A DNA stretch of 27,474 nucleotides from Octopus sinensis (GCF_006345805.1 NW_021827541.1:1-27474); one strand, 5' to 3'. Counted from the stretch's first letter, positions 10,574 to 23,379 are shown. Notes: generated by a model not told the origin, from the letters alone. Numbers and translations are program-made.

Positions 10574-11139
10574 ATATCTAGCGTTAAGTATTTACATATT
10601 TAATCATCATATAAAACTTTGTTAATTCCAACAATGCGAGTAAGGGGTTGCGATGCTCACTATTATACTTTCAATCCAATCTTGTTTTGTAAGCCGCGGT
10701 TTTGCCAACAGGCCAAAGCTTCCACATGGTACGTAAACGCTTCAATTTGTCGTTGGTTTCTAATAGCCATTTTGCATTTATGTGACACTTTTGTCCAAGG
10801 GGCAAGTTGCCCTTTGTTGTAGTTTTAATCCATTTTTGGTTTGTAACAGTTTCCATTTTTGTGAAGTTTGTGAAGGACAAGTCACCTTTAAGAGAAAAAT
10901 TACTGCTTTAAAAATTAATTTTATTCGAATGAACGAAAGCGACATGCATTATGTGTTGACAGAAGTCAGCATCAGTAATGGAGGAAGGATTCCGATGCCA
11001 TACAATGGAAAATCAACATTTTTTTCATTTAAAGGTGTTCTTCCATTTTCAATAGAGGAGGATATGTTAATTAGTCAAAATGCTTCTTAAATTAGGGATC
11101 CATACATATCATTCTTACTTACTATGATTATATTCAGTT

Positions 11140-11743
11140 TGACGAGCCGAATATTTTTGTGAAAGAATTTACACCGGAGCAGAAAGTCTAATTAAGACCT
11201 AATTAACGATCTAATTAAAGATTTCTTCATTGGAATTTCAAAATCAACAGATTGGAAGACTATAAGAACAAATCACTTAAACAGATGTAGAAAAATGTGC
11301 TAAAACAATCATGAAAACCAAACAATACATAAACATTTAATACTGTACAGGTCCGCTTCCATAATCAGGAAGAGGCAAAACAGCACTCTACGCAAGCACT
11401 ACAGAACGATGAACTTGTCATGGTCCCATACTACATGGGACAGAGAGTAAGCAAAATCAAAATAAAGAATGCCCCACCCGAAATTTAACCAAAGTGGTTC
11501 ACATCGGCGATATGTTTTCATTTGAAAATAATAAACATAACAGGAATCTCCGTTTTTCACAATGAAAACTGGACCGGCAAATCGATTGAAATCACGATCC
11601 AAATGGATCAAGATTCAATCGACAAATTGCCGAATGTGATCAAACTCGAGAATGGACAAAACCTGTATGTGGTGGTGGAAGGGAAAAACCGCGTGGCTAC
11701 CTCTGCGGCCGCTCAGACCACTTAATAGCAAAGTGCGTTTTAG
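11140..11743 (+). mobile_element. Degenerate Tx1/L1-type ORF1 (gag-like) remnant
   Basis: LVMVPYYMGQRVSKIKIKNAPPEI*PKW...IDKLPNVIKLENGQNLYVVVEGK, then a frameshift to PRGYLCGRSDHLIAKCV*, a CX2CX4HX4C knuckle with the first Cys mutated to Gly. Confidence 0.55.
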
Positions 11744-11884
11744 CACATAAAAAACAAGGAGAACAATTACAATCAAAACACAAAACAAATAGAAGACAAC
11801 CCTTGCTACCAACACCACAAAACCCACAAATGATGTAAGAAATATACAAGAATATACAAAGCCACCATTCGGTCTCTAATAGAT

Positions 11885-12575
11885 TAACAGGGCTGCAGTT
11901 TACTCGAACCCGAAAGGATGTGTGAGGCCTTTCAACAGCACTTTGCACGACTGTTTGGTGCGAGTGGTGGGTCGGAACGCGGGATGGATTTCAGTGCCTA
12001 CCTGACCGGCCTGCCGCGGCTCTCGGCAAGAGAAGCGGAGTATTGTGAGGGTCCCATCACAGCTGCTGAAGTACGGGATGCGATAGCGGGCTGAGCGAGG
12101 GATAAGTCGCCTGGTCTACCCTACGAGCTATATTGTCAAATGCCAGACTTGTTTGGCGACCTCTTGGTATCCGTCTACTGCATCTGGCAACAAAACGGGA
12201 GAATCCCCGGTTTTGTGAGCCGAGGTGCAATGATGTTGCTGAAGAAAGACCCAAACAAGGGGAATTTTATAGATAATTTCAGGCCCATCATTCTGCTCAA
12301 CGCAGATTTGAAAATTTGGATCAAAGTAATAGGCGAGAGGTTGGCGCTTGTCATCGATAAACTGGTCGACAAGGCGCAAACATGCGCCGTGCCGGGCAGA
12401 ACCATCCATGACAACCTCCATCTGATGCGCTACATCGTGGACAGGGTAGATGAGGATCCTGGCATGGGTGGGGCGCTGATCAATTTGGATCAATCTAACG
12501 TTTTCGATAGGGTCGACCATTAGTACCTGGCGGCCGTCCCCAGGGCGGCTGGCTTTGGTCCCGTCTTCCGCGATG
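11885..12575 (+). mobile_element. Tx1/L1-clade LINE ORF2 fragment (N-terminal reverse transcriptase region), disrupted
   Basis: LPRLS..CEGPITAAEVRDAI..*..KSPG[xDG missing]LPYELY...LLKK..NFRPIILLNADLKI...QTCAVPGRTIHDN...LDQSNVFDRVDH*YL...GFGPVF. In-frame stops near 12092 and at 12521-12523. Confidence 0.88.
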
Positions 12576-12579
12576 ATAG

Positions 12580-12954
12580 ACAGATAGGCAGATAAAGAGA
12601 AACAGAGAAAGAGAGAGAGAGAGAGAGAAAGAGAGATAGGCGAATAAAAAGAAAGAAAGAAAGAAAGAAAAAGAAGGATACTGACAGCCATACAGACGTA
12701 GAGATACATAGAGTTGGTGACTATGAGAGAAGAGAGAGACAGGAAGAATGAGAGAGAGACAGAGAGAATGAGGGAGAGAGACAGAGAAACAGAGAGATTG
12801 AGGGAGAGAGAGGAGGCGAGAGGAAAAGGCGGAGGAAGAAAAAATAAACAGGAGGAGGAGAATATTAACAAAATATAAAACAAAGGAAAGAGAGAAAAGG
12901 GGGGAATGAAAGCAGAGATAAAGAAGTGAAAATGGGAGAGAGAAAACCAGTCAG

Positions 12955-12991
<37 letters not shown>

Positions 12992-13033
12992 GAAGATGGG
13001 AGGGGTAAGTGTGTTGTGACGGGGGAAGGTAGT

Positions 13034-13071
<38 letters not shown>

Positions 13072-13354
13072 GGCTTCGTTAACCTTTTACGAACGACGCC
13101 ATCTTATGAGAGGACAGAATTGATGGGTGCAAGGGGGCGGCGGTGTGCGGGGTGGGGGAAGATGGAGAGGCTTAGTTAGTTGTGGAACGGGGTGAGGAGG
13201 ACGGGGAGGGAGCAGGAAGTGTGGGTGGGTGGTGGTGGGGGTGGGGCTATTGTCGTCATTATTGGTTATAATGAGATATTTAATGGAGTGGGCGTACTAC
13301 TGTTATGTTGAGTGAGGGATTGGGGGGACGGGTTGATTGGGGTGAGGAGTATAC

Positions 13355-13392
<38 letters not shown>

Positions 13393-13513
13393 ACAAGGAG
13401 GAGAGAGAGGATGAGAGGGAGGAAGAGAACGGAAGAGCAAAGCGCACGGCCACACACACACACACATACATACATGCATATGTATATACATGAATACGTA
13501 TGTGTCTGTATGT

Positions 13514-13544
<31 letters not shown>

Positions 13545-13781
13545 TATATATATGTATATATATACATACATGTATGCGTATATCCATGCATGTATCCATA
13601 TGTATGCATGCATGCATATGTATGCATGTATGTATGTACTATGCATATATATGTGTGTGTGTTTATATATATATGTGTGTGTGGTGTGTATAAATACGTT
13701 GTATAGAGACACAAAGAGACAGACAGACAGATAATAGAGAGGATAACTAGCTAGCTTTAACTGTCATATACCATAGATATG

Positions 13782-13856
<75 letters not shown>

Positions 13857-14140
13857 TATATATACATACATACATATATATATATACATATATATATATG
13901 CATATGTATATATATATGTATAGACTATGTGTAATATATATAGGTATATAGATATATATATATAATATGTATGTATATATATATACATGCATATATATAT
14001 ATATATATACACATTTATATATATATATATATACAATTTATATATATATATATATATGTATGCATATACATATATACATATACATATAGGCATATGGTGT
14101 GTGTGTGTGTATGGATGTGTGTACGTGTCTGTGTGCATAC
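12580..14140. repeat. GA-rich, G-rich and (TA)n/(TATG)n low-complexity block
   Basis: Direct reading. Confidence 0.9.
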
Positions 14141-14514
14141 AGAATATCTCAGATGATGCGATGGCGGCAGCACTGTCGCTTCTCATGTATAAAAGAGGAA
14201 CAGAATCGTGTGACGCGTCTTCAACAGCAAAGAAATTGTTTCGTTCTTTTTTGTTATATTTTTTTTTAATATTTTCGTCTAATTTTACTTTATTTCTTTT
14301 ATATTTTTGTTCTATTTCTTCTACACTGATGTCGTTGTTGTTGTTCTTGTTGATATTGTTTTATTTTTTTATATCAACCATTTTCTTTTGTTGTTTTGTT
14401 GTTGTTTTATGTTTTGCACGACGGCTATTTTATTTTGGGTGTTTATGAAACCAATGGTTTAGTTATACATTTATGTTGTTGCTCTTCTTGCTATTCGCTT
14501 TTGCGTTGGTGTAG

Positions 14515-14645
14515 TTGATGATGATGATAATGATGATGATGATGACGATGACGATGACGATAACGATGATGATGATGATGATGACAATGACGATGACGAT
14601 AACGATGACGATGATGATGACGATGATGATGACGATGATAATGAC

Positions 14646-14701
<56 letters not shown>

Positions 14702-14995
14702 GGAGGAGGAGGAGGGTGACGAGGACGATCATGATGATGACGATCTTGATGATGATGATGATGATAATGATAATGTTAATGATGGTGATAATATTGTTGA
14801 TGTTGATGATGGTGATGATGATGATGATGAGATGATGATGATGATGAAGATGATGATGACGATGATGAAGATGACGATGATGATGTTGATGATGGTGATG
14901 ATGTGATGATGGTGATAATGTTGATGTTGATGATTATGACGATGACGATGATGATGTTAGTTGTGATGATGAATACGATGATGATGATGATAGTG
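14515..14995. repeat. (GAT)n microsatellite
   Basis: Direct reading. Confidence 0.95.
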
Positions 14996-15197
14996 TTGCT
15001 CCTTGTGTTGGTTTTGTTGATGGTAATAATTGCGACTGTAGTAGTGATGGCGTGGCGCAGATGGCAGCGGCGGCGGATTTAGTGGTGTTTGAAGTGGTGG
15101 TTGTAGTGGTGATGGTGAAATGTTGTTTTTGTTGTTGTCAGTGGCAGCGGTGGTGGTGGTGGCGGTGGTGGGGGTGGTCATGGTGAGGAAGAGACTA

Positions 15198-15361
15198 GTT
15201 GATTACATTGAAACAGTTTTTTACGGGTACTTATTTTATCGACCTCGAAAGGATGAAAGGCAAAGTAGACCTCTGCGGAATTTGAACTCAGAACGTAGCG
15301 ACGGGCGAAATACCGATAAGCATTTTATCCAACGTTAACGATTCTGCCAGCTCACCGCCTT
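15198..15361 (-). mobile_element. tRNA-derived SINE, family B
   Basis: Minus strand: AGGCGGTGAGCTGGCAGAATCGTTA...GAGTTCAAATTCC (B-box-like)...TTTGCCTTTCATCCTTTCGAGGTCGATAAAATAAGTACC. The head abuts a (TAA)n array. Confidence 0.82.
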
Positions 15362-15388
15362 AATAATAATAATAATAATAAAATAATA

Positions 15389-15420
<32 letters not shown>

Positions 15421-15457
15421 TAATAATAATAATAATAAAATAATAATAGTAATCCAC

Positions 15458-15841
15458 AATCCTTTCTGCTATAGGCACAAGGCCTGAAATTTGAAGGGAG
15501 GGGACTAATCGATTACATCGACTCTAGCACTTGATCGGTATTTATTTCATCGACCTCGAAGGGACGAAAGGTAAAGTCGACTTCGGTAGAATTTGAACTC
15601 AGAACGTAGCGGCAGACAAAAATACCTATTTCTTTACTACCCACAAGGGGCTAAACACAGAGCGGACAAACAAGAACAGACAAATGGATTAAGTCGATTA
15701 ACTGGTACTTAATTTATCGACCCCGAAAGGATGAAAGGCAAAGTCGACCTCGGCGGAATTTGAACTCAGAACGTAACGGCAGACGAAATACGGCGACGCA
15801 ATTCGCCCGGCGTGCTAACGTTTCTGCCAGCTCACCACTTT
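15458..15841 (-). mobile_element. Head-to-tail dimer or tandem of SINE family B with two different 3' tails
   Basis: One unit at ~15626-15841 ends GCCCCTTGTGGGTAGTAAAGAAATA. It is followed by a 5'-truncated unit at ~15458-15625 ending GGCCTTGTGCCTATAGCAGAAAGGATT. Confidence 0.8.
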
Positions 15842-16257
15842 AATAAGAATGATAACAACAACAACAACAACAGCAACATCAACAACAGCAACAAAACAAC
15901 AACAGCAATATTCATAAGAAGCATAATGCTTGGTATACAAGGGTACGTTTTAGATAATTACTGATGAAGTGGCGTTAGAACAATGCGTAACTGGTTTTCC
16001 TTATTTGTCTCCAAGTTGACTTCAGTGTACAACGGCAGTCACGACTCGGAATTAGCATGTTAGTGAAGATTGACAATGGAATCTGCTTTGAAATATATAA
16101 ATAAGGAAACAGAATATGATAAATGCCTGGAGATCTGCGACGCAGGCTTTTGGTGATGCCACAATTATCGACATTCTTGTTGGTGTTGATGTCGTTGGTG
16201 TTAAGATAGAAATAGAACGCAGAAGAAATAGAAACAATACATACATACTTATATATA

Positions 16258-16288
<31 letters not shown>

Positions 16289-16289
16289 T

Positions 16290-16335
<46 letters not shown>

Positions 16336-16539
16336 TATATATATATGCGTGTGTGTGTGTGTGTGTGTGTATGTTATGCTTGTAGATATATATGTATATA
16401 TATATTACTATATATATATAAATATAAATATATATATGCTTGTATATATGTATGTATATATGTATATGTATACATATAATATGCATATATATATTTATAT
16501 TTGTATCTACATTTATCTGTTTATCTATCTGTATGTGTG

Positions 16540-16592
<53 letters not shown>

Positions 16593-16654
16593 ATATATAT
16601 ATATATATATTATATATATATATATATACACACACTCACTACACAACATCTATA

Positions 16655-16780
16655 TGTTTCCCTCCTCATTCCTTCTCTGGGTGAGAGCAGAGGCATGAAA
16701 CGTTAAGGACTTCTTCCATTTTTCCTGAGCGTTATAATAATACATCCTGTTTGCTGTTTGTATACTTCTTGGGCCATACA
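16655..16780 (+). mobile_element. Short repeat with heavily degenerate hammerhead-like motif (16670-16709), related to 18898-19050
   Basis: TCCTT...GAGC AGAG GCAT GAAACGTT AAGGA (stem I TCCTT/AAGGA; 5' core eroded). It shares downstream CTGAGCGT..AATAAT with the 18.9-kb copy and lies between TA-rich arrays. Confidence 0.4.
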
Positions 16781-16848
16781 TATGCATATATATATATAGT
16801 ATGTATAGTAGAAAGGATTATTATTATTATTACTTATTATTATTATTA

Positions 16849-16883
<35 letters not shown>

Positions 16884-16887
16884 GTTG

Positions 16888-16963
<76 letters not shown>

Positions 16964-17569
16964 CATCATTATTATCGAGAGGCTGCAAAAATGGCCGCTG
17001 CACAGAATGTAATATCAAGGCAGACATTTTGTTTCCGGTTTTTATTGCGTTTCCTTTCTGTTAAGCCCTGCAACACCAATAATGACAGCAACAAGAACAC
17101 AAAGATTTCCAACAACAACCACAATGTCTCCATCAGGGCAACGAAGATACCTCTACATGCTAGAATTAGCAACCAAATCCCCTTTAAATCATACCATTTC
17201 TTCAATAAAGTCATATAGGACACAGTCTGTAGGCACTGTGTATATACAGCGATTGGATAAAATAATGGAAGCACTTTAAAATTTCAAACAAGTTTATTTT
17301 AATATAAGGTAGAACCGCCTTTGTTAGTAATTACAGTTTGAATTCTATGAGGTATGGACTCGTACAGAGTTTGAAATGTTTCCAAAGGAATTTTTGTCCA
17401 TTCTTCAGCTAAAACAGTCTCCAGTTCTTGTAGTGATGATGGTGGACGATATTGACTCCTTACTTGTTTTTCTAAAATGCACCATAAATATTCATCTGGG
17501 GACTGTGGTGGCCTGAGACGTTCAACTTCACTAGAATGTTCCTCATGCCATTCAGTGACCTGAATAATA

Positions 17570-17623
<54 letters not shown>

Positions 17624-17662
17624 TAATAATAATAATAATAATAATAATATAACAATAATAAT

Positions 17663-17694
<32 letters not shown>

Positions 17695-17745
17695 ACATAT
17701 AATAATAAATAATAATAACAATAATAATAATAATAATAATAATAA

Positions 17746-17777
<32 letters not shown>

Positions 17778-17832
17778 TAATAATAACAATAATAATAATA
17801 ATAATATAATAATAATAATAATAATAATAATA

Positions 17833-18378
17833 GCAGTACCAGGCAGTGGCTCTCATGGCTTCTGATCTTAACTGATTGGAAGTGTTATCAGTACATTGTT
17901 TTGTCTTGGTATAAAAGATGGGCTACAGCAAATATTCTGCTCAATACCACAGATTTGCTTGTCAGTTGTTTGACCTTAACCAGTTGAGCATTCCCTTAGT
18001 GGCTGACGATATGTGCATCTCTGATCACGAGCAGAAGTAGTGGGGGAGCATCATAGCCATGTGTTGAGAGGGATTCTTTGGGGTTTGAATAATTCACCTC
18101 TGGAACATGGGTGGTTCTTTCAACATCCTCCTTAACAATCCTTATTCAGGGACCTTTTGAGCGGATGGCTACTCAACCTGAAGAAAATTCTAACTGGGCC
18201 CCACCGCAAGGTCATGTGCTGTTTATCTTGATATGAGATCACCATGTCGCGCACATATGGTTGTGATGCATGTGCCTGGTGTACCTTTATCAGACGGGTA
18301 GTCATGATGGGTATATTGGGCTTCGTATATTTTACCCCAGTGTCACTTTGATGGCATGAACTGCTCTCTCACTCACTC
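17833..18378. mobile_element. Unclassified ~545-bp non-coding insert bounded by (TAA)n on both sides
   Basis: Complex sequence with sharp boundaries at TAA arrays inside the Tc1 element. The flanking pattern is the same as for the R4/Dong fragments. No ORF. Confidence 0.45.
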
Positions 18379-18391
18379 AATAATAATAATG

Positions 18392-18425
<34 letters not shown>

Positions 18426-18451
18426 CAACAACAACAACAACAACAACAACG

Positions 18452-18627
18452 AAAAATACCTTAAGAATGAGAACCCAGGTTCGAAATTTCCCCAAGACAC
18501 CTGATGAAGGCTGGAGGGTATATCAGCTGAAATGTGTTAACAATAAACAAAATGAGAACAAATATCCGTCAACTGCAAAAAATATAAATAATGTACATAA
18601 TACCCCATCTCTTAAATATAGAACTGT
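18452..18627 (+). mobile_element. Penelope-pLTR-like short element with hammerhead remnant (18496-18538)
   Basis: GACAC CTGATGA A GGCTG GAGGGTATAT CAGCT GAAA T GTGTT. Cores and stems I and II are present, but the stem III/cleavage-site nucleotides are missing. Confidence 0.6.
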
Positions 18628-18860
18628 AAAACATATTAAGCAACACTAATTATAAATCAAAAAGCATAAAATAAACAAGCTTTTGGTGGTTTTATTGATA
18701 TTTCAAAATTATGATGCTTCGATGCTAGGTGTTTCCATTATTTTGTCCAACCTCTGTATGTGTATCTCTACATGTGTTTGTGCGTGTGTGGCTGTATTCT
18801 GTGTGTCTGTGTTTCTGTATGTGTGTCTGTGTATGTGTGTATATACATCTGTGCAAATAC

Positions 18861-18897
<37 letters not shown>

Positions 18898-19050
18898 GAC
18901 CTCGTTTTTTTCCGCTGTCTTCCCTTCTCTGGTTCTTTCCTTCTCCTATGTTTCCGACGAAGAGTTCCGCTCGAAACGTTCCGCTGAGCGTCCAATAATG
19001 CTATATTTGTTCCACGTCCTCGCGTTGTTGTGTTTTTTGTGCTTTCTTGT
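18898..19050 (+). mobile_element. Short repeat after (TA)n with degenerate minimal hammerhead (18954-18980)
   Basis: CCGACGA A GAGT TCC GCTC GAAACGTT. Stem III is the palindrome AACGTT; the 3' strand of stem I appears deleted. Confidence 0.55.
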
Positions 19051-19521
19051 ATACATACATGCATACATACATACATGCACACAAGCATGCATACTTACAA
19101 ATATAGATAGATAGATAGATAGAAAGATAGATAGATAGAGACATTGTATCTGTTTCTAGGCGGGAGTGTCCTAGCTGGAACGCCTTTTCATTATAGCTGT
19201 GTTCGTTCACAGTTGACCAGGAGCCAAATAACAATAAACCTATCAACAACAACACCAACAACAACAATTCCCAAAGTCACCGAACCCCCACCACAAACAC
19301 ACACACCACCGCCACCATACGCCAACCCCACTCCCCACACCACCATCATCACCACCCCACCCCCATTTCATAGCAAGACAAGCGCCATATTGAATTAGCT
19401 CGGGGACATAGAGCTTGAATGTACAAATGTCAATCTGTCACTGGACAGACCTTTAACTGTCGGATGTAGTGTTCCTCTTTACGTACACACGAACCCACGT
19501 GATCACTCAAACGCACACGCA

Positions 19522-19576
<55 letters not shown>

Positions 19577-19901
19577 ATATATATATATATACGTACAATA
19601 GCTGTGAGTGTGTGTCTGTGAGAGAGAGAGGATTGGAGATATCGCACTTACATACAATCACATATGCATATATAGAATATACGTATACATACGTACATAT
19701 GTATGTGTGGCCCACACACATACACACATATACACATGTTTATACACAAATAAAAGCAAATATATCTGCATAATACATATATATCTGATGTCATGTCATA
19801 TACAGATATACATATATATATATATATTATATATATATATATATATGTATGTATATATGTAATGGATGTATGTATGTATGTTATACGTAATTATATAATC
19901 A

Positions 19902-19936
<35 letters not shown>

Positions 19937-20212
19937 GCCACAGTGACATTTATAATGCATATAGCATTTGTACGTATGTTGTATGTATGTATGTATGTAT
20001 GTATGTGCATGTTAACGTAAGCGTGTGTATGCTTGTATATGTAAATGCGGGGGGTGTATGCATGTGTGCAGGGGTGGGAGTGGGTTAGGGCGGTGTGTAT
20101 GTTTGTAGACGTGTTATATAAAGCAGAAATGTCACAACATTCCTCTCTGGTTTCCAAGTCGAGTCAACGGAAATTTAATTCAACTCACTGGAAAAGAATA
20201 GTAAAATTAAAG

Positions 20213-20263
<51 letters not shown>

Positions 20264-20454
20264 CATCACTCTATCTCTATCTCTATCTATCTATCTATCT
20301 CACACACACAAGCACACATACACATACACAAATACTTGTGGCATTTTGCATCATCATCATCATCACCACCACCACCATTATCATCATCACCATCATCATC
20401 ATCATCGTTATTATTATCATCATCATCATCATCATCATTATTATTATTATTATT

Positions 20455-20492
<38 letters not shown>

Positions 20493-20497
20493 TATTA

Positions 20498-20540
<43 letters not shown>

Positions 20541-20542
<2 letters not shown>

Positions 20543-20675
20543 GTTAAAGAAGTGATTTTTTTTTTAAATTCTCAAACGCAGGATAATGCTAAAAAAGTGT
20601 TGGGGGCCAGCTATGTGACTCGAACTCACACCTCCGTGATTACGCGTCGGTGATCTGACCTTTAAGCTAAACTGC
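20541..20675 (-). mobile_element. tRNA-derived SINE, family C (copy 1)
   Basis: Minus strand: GCAGTTTAGCTTAAAGG...GAGTTCGAGTC (A- and B-box-like). Homologous to 25436-25608. Confidence 0.7.
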
Positions 20676-20681
20676 TTCCTT

Positions 20682-20757
20682 TCGGGTCAATAAAATAATA
20701 TCATCGACTTACCCACTTCTCCTGAAAATTACTGGCCTTGTGCCAAAATTTGAAACT
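20682..20757 (+). mobile_element. SINE family B, 3' fragment
   Basis: GGGTCAATAAAATAA..ATCGACTTAC..TGGCCTTGTGCCAAAATTTGAAA matches the end of 24213-24425. Confidence 0.65.
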
Positions 20758-21496
20758 AAAATTTATTTCATTGATGACTATTGTGTCGTTATACTGTGTA
20801 GTTTGTTGCTATCTGACAATTTGCCGTTTCGTATCAATTTCCTTTGCGGGTGTTTATCTTATTGGCGGCACGTGGGTACGTGTGCCGCTACACCGCTGAT
20901 CTTCCTGCAGTTAACTAATTAGTCGTATCGGGACAATTATTTTGGCGGATGTTTATGTTAATGGTGGCACGTGTTCTGTGACATTGCATCGCTTGCTGCT
21001 GTCCGTCAGTTGGTATATTCGTCCAACAAGACAACCGTGCATCAGAACGTTGATCCAAGGAAAGCATTCATAGCTCTTTCGACGCTTTAACCACTCAACA
21101 ACCACCAAAGCCACAATATACATAGCCTCGTTTATCATTGATCCAGGATAACACGGTACGCTCAGTTGTGGACTATGTTATGCTTATCACGGATTGATCT
21201 TCGATAACACGGAGCCGCGGTCAGGCAAAGATGTTGCTTACACTGCCAAATAAAACGCGGCCCAGCTACTCATGCCTTTGTTTACATGTCCCTGCTGCGG
21301 AGCCGCGTATTTTTTTATTTGAGTTTACGTTCTCGTAACGTGGGACCAAGGAATAGAAAAAAACGGTACCAGATCCTAAAAAGAACGACTCAGACAGAAT
21401 GATATATCCATGTGTGTATGTGTGTGCGTCTATATATATATATATATGTATATATATGTATGTATATATATACACACACACATACACACACACATA

Positions 21497-21532
<36 letters not shown>

Positions 21533-21759
21533 TGTTGCATGCATGTATATATACATATATATATATATTTCCGTTGTTAGTAAGATCAACAAAAAGTATT
21601 TCATCCGGGGATGCATAGATGTCGATGAAGTACTTAATTTTGTTGATCCCCCCTATAAAGGAACAGTAAATTAAATACTGTGTATATTAAATGATATATA
21701 TGTATATATCAGAGATACTTATACATATATACACTTGTGTTTATTATACACACACAGAA

Positions 21760-21856
<97 letters not shown>

Positions 21857-21864
21857 CAGACATA

Positions 21865-22345
21865 TGTTTCAGTCAAAGACTGACCAAGGCCATATCTAAC
21901 TTACTAGCATCACCTGTTAAGGGATCTGTTAAGTCATTTTAAAGTTGTTTTGTTGTATCGTGGACCATGCAAGTAGGGAGCTGTTGTTGACAGAAATGTA
22001 ACCAGGTAAAGGTGGCTTATCTGATATCCCTTGAAAAACTTTGTCCAGGTTTCGTTTGAAGGTGATGGAAGCTTTTTCTTCCTTGATCTGTTCTGGGATA
22101 ATGTTAAATAGATCAGGACCTGTTGAGGAAAAGAAACTGTGTATTTATGTGTTGTGAACCTGTATTGTGTAGGGGGGACCTAGCACGTGAACCCAGCCTT
22201 GGATGTATTCTAAATCTAATGGGAAGGTCGTTTGGGCAATATTGGTGGTATGTGCTCCCCATTTTGGCAAATATGTAGCGCTCTCGGTGGTCCTTGAGAG
22301 AATAAGGATTCATTCGTTTGAGACGGTCCCAATAAGCAAAATCAG
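21865..22345 (-). mobile_element. L2/CR1-group LINE 3' end next to (GATA)n
   Basis: AYWDRLKRMNPYSLKDHRERY..CPND...HPRLG resembles the Y.ERL..L.LYSL..RRERY motif. Further downstream it reads GPDLFNIIPEQIKE...FKRNLDKVFQGISDKP. The 3' end carries a CAGTC-TTT-GACTG stem-loop. Confidence 0.78.
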
Positions 22346-22429
22346 TCGTGCTCTTAATTTTAGACGGATATACATACTTAAATACGCACACACTTCATTA
22401 ACATCATCACAATCACGAACAAGATAACG

Positions 22430-22536
22430 ATCATCATCATCATCATCATCATCATCATAGTCATCATCATCATCATCATCATCGTCATCATTATCATAAT
22501 CGTCGTCATCATTATCATCATCATCATCATCACTAT

Positions 22537-22579
<43 letters not shown>

Positions 22580-22627
22580 GTCATCGTCGATGTCGTCGTC
22601 GTCATCATCATTATCAACATGTTCGCT

Positions 22628-22668
<41 letters not shown>

Positions 22669-23288
22669 TATTGGGTTCAGCTCCCGGCCCGTCCCCAATA
22701 CCACCACCACCTTTACTCGCCACCACCCCACACCACCTAGTACCACGACCGCCACTCCTGCAACAGACCGCTAATATCTACCATCCAGACCGCCTTCGAC
22801 CGACCACCCACTCGCGAACACCCCCTCGTACCCCTGACCGACCAAACACCCACCTTTTTTTACTCCATCACCTACCCTCCAGCCTTTACTCTCACTCACC
22901 ACTCACACCTCCTCCACCCCACCCCCACCTGTCTATCTATCAATCTATCTATCACCCTCATCATTATATCCGCCATTATCAAATATGATCATTATTATTC
23001 GCCAGATGCAATCGCCATCTTTAAAGACCTCGTCATTCAAATTGAAGAGCGACATTTTGGTCCTTGTTTGTTGTTTGTAGCAACATTTCTAACAGTTGGT
23101 GGTGGTGGTGGTGGTGGTGGTGGTGGTGGTGGTGGTGGTGGTGGTGGTGTTGATGTTTTTGTTGCTATTGTTGTTGTTGTTGCTATTGTTTTCGTCCAAT
23201 TGATTTTGTTGTGGCTGTTGGTACTGACGTTGTTATTGTTGTCGTAGCCGCTTGTTATTGATGTTGTTGTTTACTATTATTATTATTA

Positions 23289-23379
<91 letters not shown>

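Larger units (their letters stand above)
17247..18756 (-). mobile_element. Internally deleted Tc1/mariner (Tc1-like) DNA transposon with both TIRs and TA flanks, carrying nested insertions
   Basis: TIRs at 17247-17274 and 18729-18756 match at 24/28, begin CAG and are flanked by TA. The transposase C-terminus on the minus strand (17299-17560) reads PPQSPD..LWCILEKQVR..PSSLQELETVLAEEWTKIP..LYESIPHRIQTVITNKGGSTLY*. Confidence 0.88.

Noticed and set aside
15961-16000. CTGATGAAG
   Set aside because: No downstream GAAA or stems.
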